A stretch of DNA of 63,916 bases, filler included, from Saprolegnia diclina VS20 (taxonomy: Eukaryota), in assembly GCF_000281045.1 (NCBI RefSeq). It is 10 parts of 2 records of this genome, joined end to end, with 100 filler letters (N's around TTAATTAATTAA, not from the genome) between each part and the next. Parts side by side here need not be neighbours in the genome. Positions count along the whole stretch, not along the records: positions 43,839 to 62,793 come from NW_008246155.1; 9 more parts are not named here. One strand, given 5' to 3'. Below are positions 47,427 to 59,132 of this stretch, one piece after another. The notes beneath the pieces are model-generated. The model made no database searches. It was given only the letters and a program-made list of their open reading frames with translations, and was not told where the DNA came from. Position numbers and translations under genes: made by a program. Within the stretch, counting starts at the first letter, position 1, and each line of letters opens with the position of its first letter.

Positions 47427-49112
47427 CTACGCGGCGGCTTGCAGCGGCGGGTCGTCGGTCGTCTCATTCATTGGTGGAGGAAACTCGAGCGCGACTTCAA
47501 TGTCGTCGTACGGCTTGCGGTACTCGAGGAACTGGAGGTACATAAAGAGGCACGACGCAATGATGCAGCCAATGATGCCGGCCACGGGGCCCATGCCGTA
47601 AATCTTGCGAAACCTAGCCCTTGTTCGAGCGACGATCACGTCATCACACGCATGTTACCGATGGATGAGCGACGGGGTCGGGAGCTCGATCACGTTGCGG
47701 TACACCCGTTCGGTGCGCGCAGCGACCGCGTCCCAGTTGTACATTTTCTGAACGCGGTCATGAAACTCTTGTTTGTTGACCTAATCAGTTATATATATAA
47801 AGGTACATCAGACACCTTGTCCACAATGACAAGCGTACCTTGGCGAGCAGCGGCAGCGACTCGACGACGGCGTCGGCCAAGTCTTCGGGCGTAATGTCCT
47901 TGGAGAAGCGAATCATGTCGGGTGGCAGCACTTCGGGGACGCCGCCAACCCTAGCCCCATATCAAAAAATGCACCAAAATGCACTAAAATACAGCAAAAA
48001 TGCACAAAAATACAGCAAAAATACAGCAAAAATAGAGGAAACATAGAGGTACCGGGTACTCACGACGTAGAGGCCACAGGCCGCTGCTTCGAGGATCGCA
48101 ATGCAAAACGACTCGGTCAAGCTCGAGTTGAGAAAGATGTGGCCTTGGCTCAGCACATTGCGCACTTCTGAGTGCGGCACGGCGCCCCAGAGCGTGACGC
48201 GGTCATGGAGCTGGCACTTTTCGCGCATTTCTTCGAGGAGGAGTCGCTTGTTGCCGTCGCCACCAATGAGAAACTTGACGTTCGGGCACCGCGCACACAC
48301 AAGCTCGATGGTCTACGCTCCAACTCGATACATTGATACATTTGGGTGCAACGGCTACCTTGCCGACCAAATCAATGCCTTTGCGGTACACGAGGCGCGA
48401 GATGATGACGACGGTGATCGGGTCGTGGAGCGGGTCGGTCGGCGGCTTGGCCTCGCTGTTCTCTTTGGGCGTAAACTTGGTCGCGTCGACAGCATTCGGA
48501 ATCGTCGAGACGATCGTCGGGTCCAGAGACGCGCGCAGCACGAGGTTTTCTCGGCACGTATGCGAGACGCAGATGGCATGGTCAATGTCGGAGAGAGTAA
48601 ACTTCATGACCTACGCTGCATGGGAGCGGCAAGTGGCGACGACGCATGGATACCTTGTTGAGGTGCACGGACGCAGCGTCGGCAAAGCCAAAGAGCGAGT
48701 GGTCCGTGTAGATGGCCTTGTAGCCCATCGTCTTGGCCTGCACGATGCACTCGTGCATGAAGGCGGACGTGGCCTGGTGGCCATGCACGATCTGGATGCG
48801 CTCGCGGATGAGCACGGTGCGGAAGAGCGCAAAGCCGGCCGTGAACGTCGGCAGCGTCACGTTGTCGACCATGGTCACGAGCGGAAGGTAGTACACCTTG
48901 AGGTTGTTGGTCATGTAGCGGATGCCCTGGCGCTTCTCCGAGCCTTCCGTCATGTGCGTGATGACAATCACCTTGTGGCCCTGCCGAAGGAGACACTGCG
49001 AGAGGCTCCAGATGTGCATCTCGACGCCGCCGAGCCGCGGGTAGAAGAAGTCGCAGCACATGGCGATGCGGAGCCGGCCATCGCTGCCCCTCGTTGCGGC
49101 GACGGTCGCCAT
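47427..49112 (-). CDS. PIGA: Phosphatidylinositol N-acetylglucosaminyltransferase subunit A (GPI anchor biosynthesis), multi-exon
   Basis: '[19 protein letters not shown]', '[11 protein letters not shown]', '[11 protein letters not shown]', '[22 protein letters not shown]' and C-terminal 'GPVAG' TM segment. Confidence 0.95.
47963..48035 (+). repeat. Intronic 10-bp minisatellite (AAAATGCAC./AAAATACAGC)
   Basis: About 6-7 degenerate units within a PIGA intron. Confidence 0.75.
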
Positions 49113-49507
49113 GTTGCTGCCGGATGATGACGCACGCTATCCGGTGGGCCACCCGCGATGCTTTATAGTTGAACGTACACAATTTACTTGGGAGAGTAAC
49201 GCAATAAGATCTTTTCACGTGCAGCAGCAACGACGTCGGCCCCGCGTGGCAGGCTGCTACTGCGGATCTCTCGACGGTCTGTTATCTAGCCTCTGTATAG
49301 GCTACGTAATACGCTCTAGATGGACGGAGGTAGCGGGATAGAGTTGCTCGCATGGCGCCCCGAACGTGCCCGACGTCGACCAATATGCGCCGACCCTTAG
49401 AGGTCGATTCAGGTTAATATCCCTATATTGTATCTGGTTTGCCCTATTTAACGCGTTTAGCGCACATCTGAGTTTTCATTTCCAGCGACAGCCACAAGCC
49501 CACCAGC

Positions 49508-50062
49508 ATGGCGACGGAGCACCAGGTGTGGGTCGAGTTCCCAAAGTCGGTGGCGACGGCGCCGTCTTCGCTGGCCAAGGCGAGCCTCGGCAGCTGGATT
49601 CGCGTCTTCATGAGCACCGACGCGACGCCGCTGGAAGGTAGCCTCTTCACGCTGGACCCGACCTCGGGCTTCCTCGTGCTCGAGGCCGCAGACGAGACGC
49701 AGCTCGTGCACATGGACGCGGTCGTGCGCATCGAGGCCATGGACACGCCGTCGAATGCGGCGCCGGCGCTCAGCGTCACGGAAGACGACCTCCGGAAGCT
49801 CGAGCTGCGCACGCGCCAGCAGGCCGAGAAGGCGATCGCATCGATTGGCAAGAACGTGTCGCCATTTGGCCAAGCCATCTTTGACGCGCTGAGCAAGACG
49901 ATGCCGTGCGAGTGGGAAGACCAGAACATCCGCGTCATGCACGAAGTCGTCATCCTCCCGCCGTACGCGTCCGCGTCGTGCCAAAGCGCCAACAAGGCGA
50001 TGCTCGACCGGATCAAAAAGGTGCTCGACGGCGAGCACCGCAAGCTGCGACTCAAGCAATAA
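49508..50062 (+). CDS. LSM12: LSM12 homolog (LSm + anticodon-binding domain)
   Basis: LSm N-terminus and 'IGKNVSPFGQAIFDALSKTMPCEWEDQNIRVMHEVVILPPY'. Confidence 0.88.
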   Translation: MATEHQVWVEFPKSVATAPSSLAKASLGSWIRVFMSTDATPLEGSLFTLDPTSGFLVLEAADETQLVHMDAVVRIEAMDTPSNAAPALSVTEDDLRKLELRTRQQAEKAIASIGKNVSPFGQAIFDALSKTMPCEWEDQNIRVMHEVVILPPYASASCQSANKAMLDRIKKVLDGEHRKLRLKQ

Positions 50063-52032
50063 TCCAATCTTGTAAACGCATTTGCATTGTTGATCCGATC
50101 ACAGCTACTTCGTCGTGAACCGAATTCGCTACTAGTAGCGTCCACGCCGCACTGGCAGACAGAATGTCCAAAATCGGCGGTGGCGCCTGAATCGATGGAT
50201 CGTTAGTTAGCTAAGAGTCGCGTTCATCAACTTCGGAGTGCTGGCTGTACCCTCCAGTCTCAAAGGCTGGTTGCAGATGCGCATTCGGAAGCGCCGTGAC
50301 CTCGGGCAGCGCCAAGCTCCTACGACTTCGGTACGACCGTGAGCTCCAAGAGGTCTTCGCGGGTCATGGAGGACGGACGATGACGAGCTCGCCATCGAGC
50401 CAGCGCAGCAGCGTTGTCATTGGACGGTCGGGCCACAATGCAGCGCTTCAGCCAGCTTGAATGCTCTTATGATGACCCGCTAGCTTCGACATGCACAGTC
50501 TTGTCGTGTGGGCTGTTGGTGTTTAGGGCAGGGTTCAGACAAGACTATCGAGCGTTCTTGCATCAAGTTTATTGCGAGCGCGCCGCGTTTGCCCGCGCAT
50601 GGAATGTTCCGCCACTCGCTCGTCGTCAGCTACTTGAACAAGGACCACTCCAACTGGCCACGGATCGTTGGCTCTTCGGCATGACTTGCGAGCGGTACTT
50701 TGGGCGACTTCATCTCATCGCCCAACCGTTCTACACTGTTCACCAAGCCGTGTTCCGATACCTCTGGCCTGTGGTGCAGCGCACGCGTTTGGCCGGAACG
50801 ATCACGTCTTTGATGAGACCTTCCATTCTTCAGTTTCTGAACCAGTGCCATCCAGATACGAAGCGCACCTGCACCGTAGCCTCGTCCACGAGTCCCATCT
50901 CCTTAGTTGTCAGATCCTACAGCATGACGCTCGCAATTCTCATGTCCCGCGTCCCCGCTATGCAAGGCTCATCCGAGTGGACACAGCAAGGTTGACATTC
51001 GATGCCCATGTTAAATGATCTCGTCTAGTGTTGTACCACAGAGGACCTCGTCAACAGCAACTTCGTAGGCTGCACATTTTGCACATCCCAATCCAAGAGA
51101 ATAACTATAATAGTTATTCCCTTGTCCCAAACTGTAGGCATCCTCAATACCTTCGACTGCATGGTCGCGTCTGGGAAATTACGATGGGGCGAATACCAAG
51201 ACGGACCTACAGAGCCGTTCAAGGCCAAACAACCCTTAACTTTGCGCTGACAGAGGCAAGAAGTTTCCTCTCTACCACGACATTCGCGTACCGAGCCGGA
51301 ACAACGACCGTGGCATCTACCTCCGCGACAAGCAACGCCACCTTCTGCCTCATTCTTGGTTGCGTATTTGCGCGGCTTTGAGTCGACCCAGAAACGCGTC
51401 ATCGTGACGTAACATGTGTTTTTCTCAGATCCAAACGAAGCCATCGAATGGTCGGAGTTGATGGACGATGCTTGCACCTACGTTTTCCTTGCGCGTAGAA
51501 ATCATGTTGTAGCGATAAACAGGTCCGATCGCCCGCGGCATACCTCTTCCGGTCCGCGACCAAGCCATTCAACGGGCTCCATCAACGGTCGTGTGCCTCG
51601 TTGACTGTAATTTCTTTATTTTTTCTTGGAAAATAGCCTGTGGGGCCTTGATCACAGAACGATATGAGAGGCGTCCACGCTCACAACGTTTGTCTCTTTC
51701 GTCGTGATACCGCTCGCACGAGCTTATCATGGGGCGCAACGTTACAACTTCAACGAGCGAGCGCCGAAACGCGTACGCATCGCCGAAGCCGTCAGCGAAC
51801 CAGCTGATAGTACAAAAGAGGCGGTAAGCTCGGGATCGAATATGGCCCTACGTGAGTTGCGTCGCCGCATGTGCGCTGGCACCACGTGGTACGTCATGCG
51901 GTGCTTCATCTCAGAAATCATATTCGCGGATGCAAGTCGTCACGATTCGAACGGCTTCGATGTACTACGAAACCACACTACGTAGTCGGCGCATCTAAGG
52001 ATCGCAACGTAGAACCCAAGCGCCTCCACTTG

Positions 52033-52050
52033 GCTCATTTTTGAATTTGC
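52033..52050 (+). promoter_or_regulatory. Oomycete Inr/FPR-like core promoter
   Basis: GCTCATTTTTGAATTTGC 30 nt before the ATG at 52063; similar elements at ~33610 and ~40597. Confidence 0.6.
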
Positions 52051-52062
52051 TGTTTCGCGTTC

Positions 52063-52740
52063 ATGGCGCCAACCTCGCTTCTCTTCCTTGTCGCAGCGGC
52101 CTTTGCTGCCACAGCCACCGCCTTCTCGGGCCCCGCGACAACGTACGGTGGTCCTGACGGCGTCGACGTCCAAGGTGGCAACTGCGGTATCATGGCGTCG
52201 CTCCCGAACGCCAAGGCCTTCCACGTCGCGATCAACCACGAGCAGTGGGACTCGGGTCGCAACTGCGGGCGCTGCGTGCAAGTCACGTGCACCGACAAGC
52301 GCTGCAAGTCGCATGCCAAGGTCATTGGCCAAGTGACCGACCAGTGCCACGAGTGCGGCTACGGCGGCCTCGACCTCACGCTGCCGTTTTTCAAGCAAGT
52401 GACGGGCGACACGACCGACCGGTACACGATTTCGTGGTCGTTTGTCAACTGCCCAGTCTCGGGCAACATCCAAGTGTGCGCGAAGGAAGGGAGCAACCAG
52501 TACTGGCTCGCAGTGCAGGCCGGCAACACGCGCTCGGGCGTTGCGAGCATGAGCATCAACGGCAAGAAGAGCCCGCTCATGAATGCCGACTCCAACTACT
52601 TTTACGTGTCGACCACGTCCAACATTCCGCTCAGCAAAACCCAAGTGAGCCTGACGTCCTTTAGCGGCCAAGTCGTCTCGGCCACCGTCAACTTGACACC
52701 CGGCAAGTGCACGGCGATCCGTAGTCAGTTTACACTCTAA
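52063..52740 (+). CDS. Secreted expansin-like (EXLX) protein: DPBB + CBM63
   Basis: Signal peptide, 'GPATTY..GGNCG', 'CGRCVQV', 'TDQCHEC..GGLDL', 'ISWSFVNCPV' and 'GSNQYWLAVQ'. Confidence 0.92.
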   Translation: MAPTSLLFLVAAAFAATATAFSGPATTYGGPDGVDVQGGNCGIMASLPNAKAFHVAINHEQWDSGRNCGRCVQVTCTDKRCKSHAKVIGQVTDQCHECGYGGLDLTLPFFKQVTGDTTDRYTISWSFVNCPVSGNIQVCAKEGSNQYWLAVQAGNTRSGVASMSINGKKSPLMNADSNYFYVSTTSNIPLSKTQVSLTSFSGQVVSATVNLTPGKCTAIRSQFTL

Positions 52741-52867
52741 TCGTTTGTTGAAATTCTTTGTCTGTGGTATCGAAAATCTGGATTCACCAATTCACCATGT
52801 TGAGAGGCGATACACCGATAGAATAATGGGACAAAAGTAAACGACATTATAATTTATGTCAGCGCAT

Positions 52868-54349
52868 CTACACCATCGCTTGCAGTGTCTGCATACTCTG
52901 TTTGAAATACTGTAGTTGCTTGAAATATCGCCGCACACCGTTGGCTGCGCGTCGTGCACGCTCGTGCGCGTCCATGGCCAGAATGACTTGAATCGACTCG
53001 CAAATGGCGCGCGTTGGCACTTCAAACACAATGTGTTGACCCATCGTGGCATTCTGTTTCCACGGTGTGATACCGTGGATAAGGACACCCGAGTCGTCGT
53101 CGACAAACTCGTCCATCGGGGGCGCGTCCGTGGTGACGACGAGGGCCCCCGCTGCGCGTGCTTGGTTGATGTAGTGGCCAAACCTAGTCGATGTCAGTAC
53201 CGACAGTATCGTAGTCGTGCATACCCTTCCATGGAACTCGGGCACACAATGACGGTCGCGTCGTTCAAGATGTTGGCAAAACCCAAGGACGAGACGTACT
53301 TGCCAAAGTGAAAGTCGACATTCGCCGGCGGCTGGCCGTGCCAGAGCTCGTTGTACGTGCCGTTGGACCAGTCGTCGCTCGAGTACTGGTGCAAGACCGG
53401 GAACTCTGGGTGGTCCTTCCAGCACTGCAGCATTCGCACCGCGTTCTTGAACGGGCTCTTGCCGTTGGCGTGAACGACGCTGAGCTGACTAAAGTTTTTC
53501 GGTGCGAGCGGGCCGTTGAGCTGATCATTGCTGCTTGCGTTGCGCACCAAGACGGTCGCATCGCTCGTCGTATGCTGCGTGTAGAGCACCTTGGCACCGC
53601 GTGGGTTGTTGAAGTCTTGGTTGTACCTACAAAATTGATTGATAGCACCTTTGTTGGCTAGTCAAATGAGCGTACCAGGCCCAGATGCGGTTGTAGGCGT
53701 CGCGCGACTTGGCCAACACAATGTCGGCGCGATGATAATGCCACGGCTGCAACTCGCCCATCTCGACGTTGGGCATGAGCACGATCTTCTTGGTCGGTGG
53801 AAAGTGTGGTAACTCGTCGACTTCTTCCCAGTAGTGGTTCATGAAGAGGATCGCCGAGCGCGGACACAGCTCAAAGTACGTGGTAGTGTTGCCATTCTCG
53901 TCGGTGAACGTCGACTCAAGGACCCAGCGTGGAATCGCGCGCGACTGCAAATGCAGCGTGTACGCCATGGCGTCTTCGCAGTACCCGTGGTCTCGGACGC
54001 CGGTCTGGAGGTAAATGTCAACGGCCGGACACTTGCGCAGCTCGGCCAGAATCGCAGCGTGCGGACTGTCGCGGCGCAGCATATCCCGCGAGCTGGTTGC
54101 AGTCCACGGGATGAGGACGTTGTCTTCTTTGCGGCACAAGACGTTCAGCTCGACCAAGTGCAGGAGCTCGTCGTCGTGCGCAGCGTGCAGCGCGTCAATG
54201 CTTGCGGGCGCTGTCGATGCAAAGTCGGATCGCAGAAGGGCGCTGGGCGAGGCCACCGTGATGTCGCGCGTCTCGAGCGAGAGGTGCAAAAGCGTGACGA
54301 GGGCGAGCGCCACGAAGGCGCCCTTGGTCCACTCGCTGGTTGATGGCAT
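52868..54349 (-). CDS. Type II membrane GT-B (GT4-like) glycosyltransferase, copy 1 (3 exons)
   Basis: N-terminal TM; 'CPSSMEG|FGHYINQARAAGALVVTTDAPPM' is a GT4 nucleotide-binding motif; short introns. Confidence 0.8.
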
Positions 54350-55057
54350 CTTGGCCGTTGGGAAAATGCACCTTTCAGCAGTGACAGGGATTATCCTGTT
54401 AATCGTCCATGGGCGCGTCTGATTGGTTGAAAGACCTGCGACGCGCCGCGTCGACTTCGAATGCGAAGATGCAGGTACGATTCCTCGCACCCGACCAGTA
54501 CGAGCTGCGCCGACTTCAGGCCTTCACGGTATTTTCATTGTTCAACGAGCAGGATGAGGTGGCTCTCTAGGTGGTTGTTGTTGCCGAAGAGAGTTGGGTA
54601 TAGAGTAAAAAGTCTGCATACATGTACCCAACTCAGTGATTGACGTGAACCCATTGATTAGGCCTGGTACCATTTGTTATTGGATAACGTCTGGGCAAGA
54701 TGTGGTGCCGGAGAAACAGAATATGCTGATATATACACTGGAATGCCGATGGACGAGCGCAATGACGGTGTCTGTACCAGCTCTCGATGGCAGCGACCTG
54801 CTTTTAAAAGATCCTCTATTGCTCAACATGCGTATCGCGTTGTGTTGTGCGCCTGAAGACGCGGAATGCTTGGACCGTTCTCAACGCAGCGCCAGCTGAC
54901 GCACAGAGTGGGACAAGTCAAACTCGGTGATGTGTGAAATCCAGCCCACTCGTTGGTCAAAAAGCGTTGGGAAAATGTCAAAATTGGGTGTAATATTGGA
55001 CTTTTCGTCAAAACCGGATCCCACATGACAAATCTGGGGGTATACAAACATCGAGTA

Positions 55058-55257
55058 CTCGGTAGTGGCGCAAGCTTGTGGCGCAGAGTGGTGCAGAGTG
55101 GCGCAAGCTCTCACCATGACCTCACCACTGCACCACCCTTACACCCTATCTCTCACTCCACCACTGCACCACTCTCTCTCCACTAAACCACCCTCTAACC
55201 CTGCACCACTCCGCACCACTGCACCACTCTGCGCCACTAGCTTGCGCCACTACCGAG
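55058..55257. mobile_element. 200-bp MITE-like element with 39-bp terminal inverted repeats
   Basis: CTCGGTAGTGGCGCAAGCT(T/A)GTGGCGCAGAGTGGTGCAG at both ends, inverted with 1 mismatch; internal GCACCACT repeats; flanks TA and CA. Confidence 0.8.
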
Positions 55258-56025
55258 CAGTGCACTACGCTGTGCTTGCAACAGCCACATAGCGCCAAAA
55301 GTCGACTGAGTGCAACCATTATTCAAGACATTAGCTGCTAATTCATGTGGTATATCGGCTAACCTGTGCCTTTTGTTAAATGCAGCAAGGAAGCAATAAC
55401 CCGAAACCGCTCTCAGCCAATAAAAAAGCTCGCTCGATCGCTTGTCTAATGCAACATCTGTTGGGCATGTCCTCAAACAGCTGCGATTCATCAAAGCATT
55501 CAACACCCACCAGAAAAGAAAAAGGCGGCATCCCAAAAGCAGGTCGTTGCAATCGAGGCCCTAGAAGAGGTCGCCTTCGCGCTGGTCCATCCCGAAGTAC
55601 ACATCTCACCGATAACGTGTCCAAACATCACGGAAAACACTCTGACAGCACCAGGTGCAATCGTTGGGTACAGTGTACAACGGTGCTGCACCTCGTGTGG
55701 AATCTGGTGCAAAAGAGAGTTGTGCAGGGGCATGGACATCTTGTGCGCTACAATAGCACAATTCAAAAAGCTTTTGCAACAGTGAAGGCGTCCATGGAGG
55801 TCGTGGGTTGGCTCGAGGTGTGCCCCACGCTTGCTAGGTCGGGTTACCGTCTACAGCTTGAAGACAAAGTAGCGTGTCGCAGCTCAAACACCCAATCAGA
55901 GACGCGATTGGGCCTGGACAGGATCCTTGTCGACACTGTCCACCGGTATCAGAGTACAACCACCGGATGCGTGGACATTGACTACGACCAAAATTGCATT
56001 TTCGATCCAGTCCCTACAGCCAAGG

Positions 56026-57540
56026 ATGCCGTCGACCGACGCGTGGGTCAAAGGCGCCTTCGTGGCGCTCGCCCTTGTCACGCTTTTGCACCTCTCGCTG
56101 ATGGCGAGCGACGCTTCTTTTGGTTCATTCTGCGTTCGCCCTTACGTACGGTCCCCTTTCAAGCGCAACCAGACCGACGTTGCCGACATTGACGCGCTGC
56201 ACGCTGCGCACGACGACGAGCTCCTGCACTTGGTCGAGCTGAACGTCTTGTGCCGCAAACAAGACAACGCCCTCATCCCGTGGACTGCAACCAGCTCGCG
56301 GGATATGCTGCGCCGCGACAGTCCGCACACTGCGATTCTGGCCGAGCTGCGCAAGTGTCCGGCCGTTGACATTTACCTCCAGACCGGCGTCCGAGACCAC
56401 GGGTACTGCGAAGACGCCATGGCGTACACGCTGCATTTGCAGTCGCGCGCGATTCCACGCTGGGTCCTTGAGTCGACGTTCACCGACGAGAACGGCAACA
56501 CTACCACGTACTTTGAGCTGTGTCCGCGCTCGGCGATCCTCTTCATGAACCACTACTGGGAAGAAGTACACGAGTTACCACACTTTCCGTCGACCAAGAA
56601 GATCGTGCTCATGCCCAACGTCGAGATGGGCGAGTTGCAGCCGTGGCATTATCACCGCGCCGACATTGTGTTGGCCAAGTCGCGCGACGCCTACACCCGT
56701 ATCTGGTCCTGGTACGCTCATTCAATCGACTAGCCAACAAAAGTACTATCAAATCATTCTGCAGGTACAACCAAGACTTCAACAACCCACGCGGTGCCAA
56801 GGTGCTCTACACGCAGCACACGACGAGCGACGCGACCGTCTTGGTGCGCAACGCAAGCAATAATGGTCAGCTCAACGGCACGCTTGCTCCAAAGGACTTT
56901 GGCAACCTCACCATCGTTCACGCCAACGGCAAGAGCCCGTTCAAGAATGCACCAACCATGCTCGAATGCTGGGACGACTACCCCGAGTTCCCGACCTTGC
57001 ACCAGTACTCGAGCGACGACTTTTCCAACGGCACGTTCAACGAGCTCTGGGATGGCAAACCGCCGCCGAATGTCGACTTTCACTTTGGCAAGTACGTCTC
57101 GTCCTTGGACTTTGCCAACATCCTGAACGACGCGACCGTCATTGCGTGCCCGAGTGCCATGGAAGGGTATGCTCGACTACGATATACCATGGCATATGAC
57201 TCATTCAATGACTAGGTTTGGCCACTACATCAACCAAGCACGCGCAGCGGGGGCCCTCGTCGTCACCACGGACGCGCCCCCGATGAATGAATTTATGGAC
57301 AACGATTCGGGGGTGCTCATCCGCGGTATCACGCCACGGTCCGGCTCGGTCACAATGGGCCAAAATTTTATGTTTGACGTTCCGACGTGGGCGGTTTGCG
57401 AGTCGATTCAAGTCATTCTGGCCATGGACCCACACGAGCGCGCACGACGCGCAGCCAACGGTGTCCGGCGGTACTTCAAGCAACTACAGTATTTCAAACA
57501 GAGTATGCAGACGCTGCAAGCGATGGTGTATCAACGCTAA
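56026..57540 (+). CDS. GT4-like glycosyltransferase, copy 2 (inverted paralog)
   Basis: Same exon structure; long near-identical stretches to 52868-54349. Confidence 0.8.
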
Positions 57541-57918
57541 TTCCGAATGCATTTGTAATTTGGTTTCCACCAAGTCGAGGCGGTGCCATCCTTTGTTGTG
57601 CTTACTTTGACCAGAGTCGCACAGTGATCGTGTATTCCACTGTGGCGGGTGGGATCAGCGTCAAGCACGCTCTTCTTGCACGACGGTGCACAAGCACCTC
57701 ATACAAGTATTGCGCTGTGTTTGTCAGCAGCCTTCAAGGTGACCCAATATCACCACCTTCAGTAAACCACGCGAACGTCGCGGTGGCAGGACACAGTCGG
57801 CTTCTCGCGATAATTCTAGCAGAATGGCATATTTGGGCAATTAGAACACAAGCTCGACTACACTTTGTCGCATCATTTGGTTATATATACCAGGTGCGAC
57901 TTTTGTCTGCCGACGACA

Positions 57919-58554
57919 CTACGGCGCGGTGAGAGCCACGGTCCAGAGCTGGCCATCGTCCGTGGCATTGAGAGGGCTACTATACACAAAGTGGCCGTCG
58001 ATCGAACCAAAGAACTCGCGCCGCGTCATGTACTCGCCCTTGAAGTCCTGGAGCCGAAGCTGCGTCTCGCTCACGTCTTGGCACGTCCAGTGCGTCGATG
58101 TCGAGGCTTGCCAATTGGTGTAGCGTTGCACGACATTGTTTGCGGCGTTGCCACAGGTTTCGCAGCGGCTGTAGAAGCGGCCGTTGTCCATCTTGAGCCC
58201 AAGCGATCCGTTCGGGATCGTCGCAACTGTGATCGGATGCCACCACTTGTTGACACGGGCTATCGACTTGTACGCATACGCGTTGGCCGGGCAGTTGGCG
58301 CAGTACGTGTACCCGAGGTACTTTTTGGCGTCACCGACCATCTGCGCGAGGTAGACCTTCTTGCCATCGACCAAGGTTTTGCAAAGGGAGAATGGCGCTG
58401 CTGTCGTTGGCGCTGGCGTCGTGGGCTCCGATGTCGTGGGTGCTGGCGTCGTGGGCTCCGATGTCGTTGGTGCTGGCGTCGTGGGCGCCGGGGTGGGAGC
58501 GTGCGTGCACGCGTCACGGTGGATAGCCAAGACTGCAAGACCAAGAAGATGCAT
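57919..58554 (-). CDS. Putative secreted protein with PTT-rich linker and CxxC-containing fascin/beta-trefoil-like domain
   Basis: Short hydrophobic N-terminus, (PTTPA/PTTSE) repeats, and repeated 'L.mDnG.y.sRC..C'-type segments. Confidence 0.6.
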   Translation of the reverse strand: MHLLGLAVLAIHRDACTHAPTPAPTTPAPTTSEPTTPAPTTSEPTTPAPTTAAPFSLCKTLVDGKKVYLAQMVGDAKKYLGYTYCANCPANAYAYKSIARVNKWWHPITVATIPNGSLGLKMDNGRFYSRCETCGNAANNVVQRYTNWQASTSTHWTCQDVSETQLRLQDFKGEYMTRREFFGSIDGHFVYSSPLNATDDGQLWTVALTAP

Positions 58555-59132
58555 CGTGCGTGGTGAAATCAAAAGTGCAAAGTGGTGACGTCAGAAACGG
58601 TACGTACTGAAGAAGAGAGTCCAGTGTACACTACGGAGCTCTCCACTGTATGCATCGAATGGCCAAGAGAAACGTCCGATCCCGTGCAGCGGGCAAGCCA
58701 TCCCCGCTGGCCCGAATGCGGGTGTGTAGTATTTGTTCCTCAGCAACTCGAATCTTGGCCCTGGCGACGCCACGCGCAGCGCCACGCTGAACCACCGGCG
58801 CCAAACCAGCGCTCGGGTTTCCACGAGCTCACACACACGGCGACGCTAGCTCCAAAGAAAAGCCTCCTCCGAGATTCTTGTGGTATCGGTATCAAGGGAA
58901 CGTTTATGGCCTTGGGTCCGGCCTCGGACTGGATGGTAGCTGGACCATGAACTAGATGCTAACTGGTGCGTAGACGATATTTGCAGGTGCGGTCTCTCCC
59001 GTCAAGGGATTTTGCTGACACCTTTGCGTTTAGCCGTATTCATCACTTTTTGTCATTCGATCGATAACCCTAGTCACCACCGGTGCAAAAATCAACGTGT
59101 TCAGCCCACACAGCAACGACTCCTATGTGTTC

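Noticed and set aside
50414..51477. Possible gene between LSM12 and the expansin-like gene
   Set aside because: No recognisable motifs or host-like codon usage; may be a degenerate relic.
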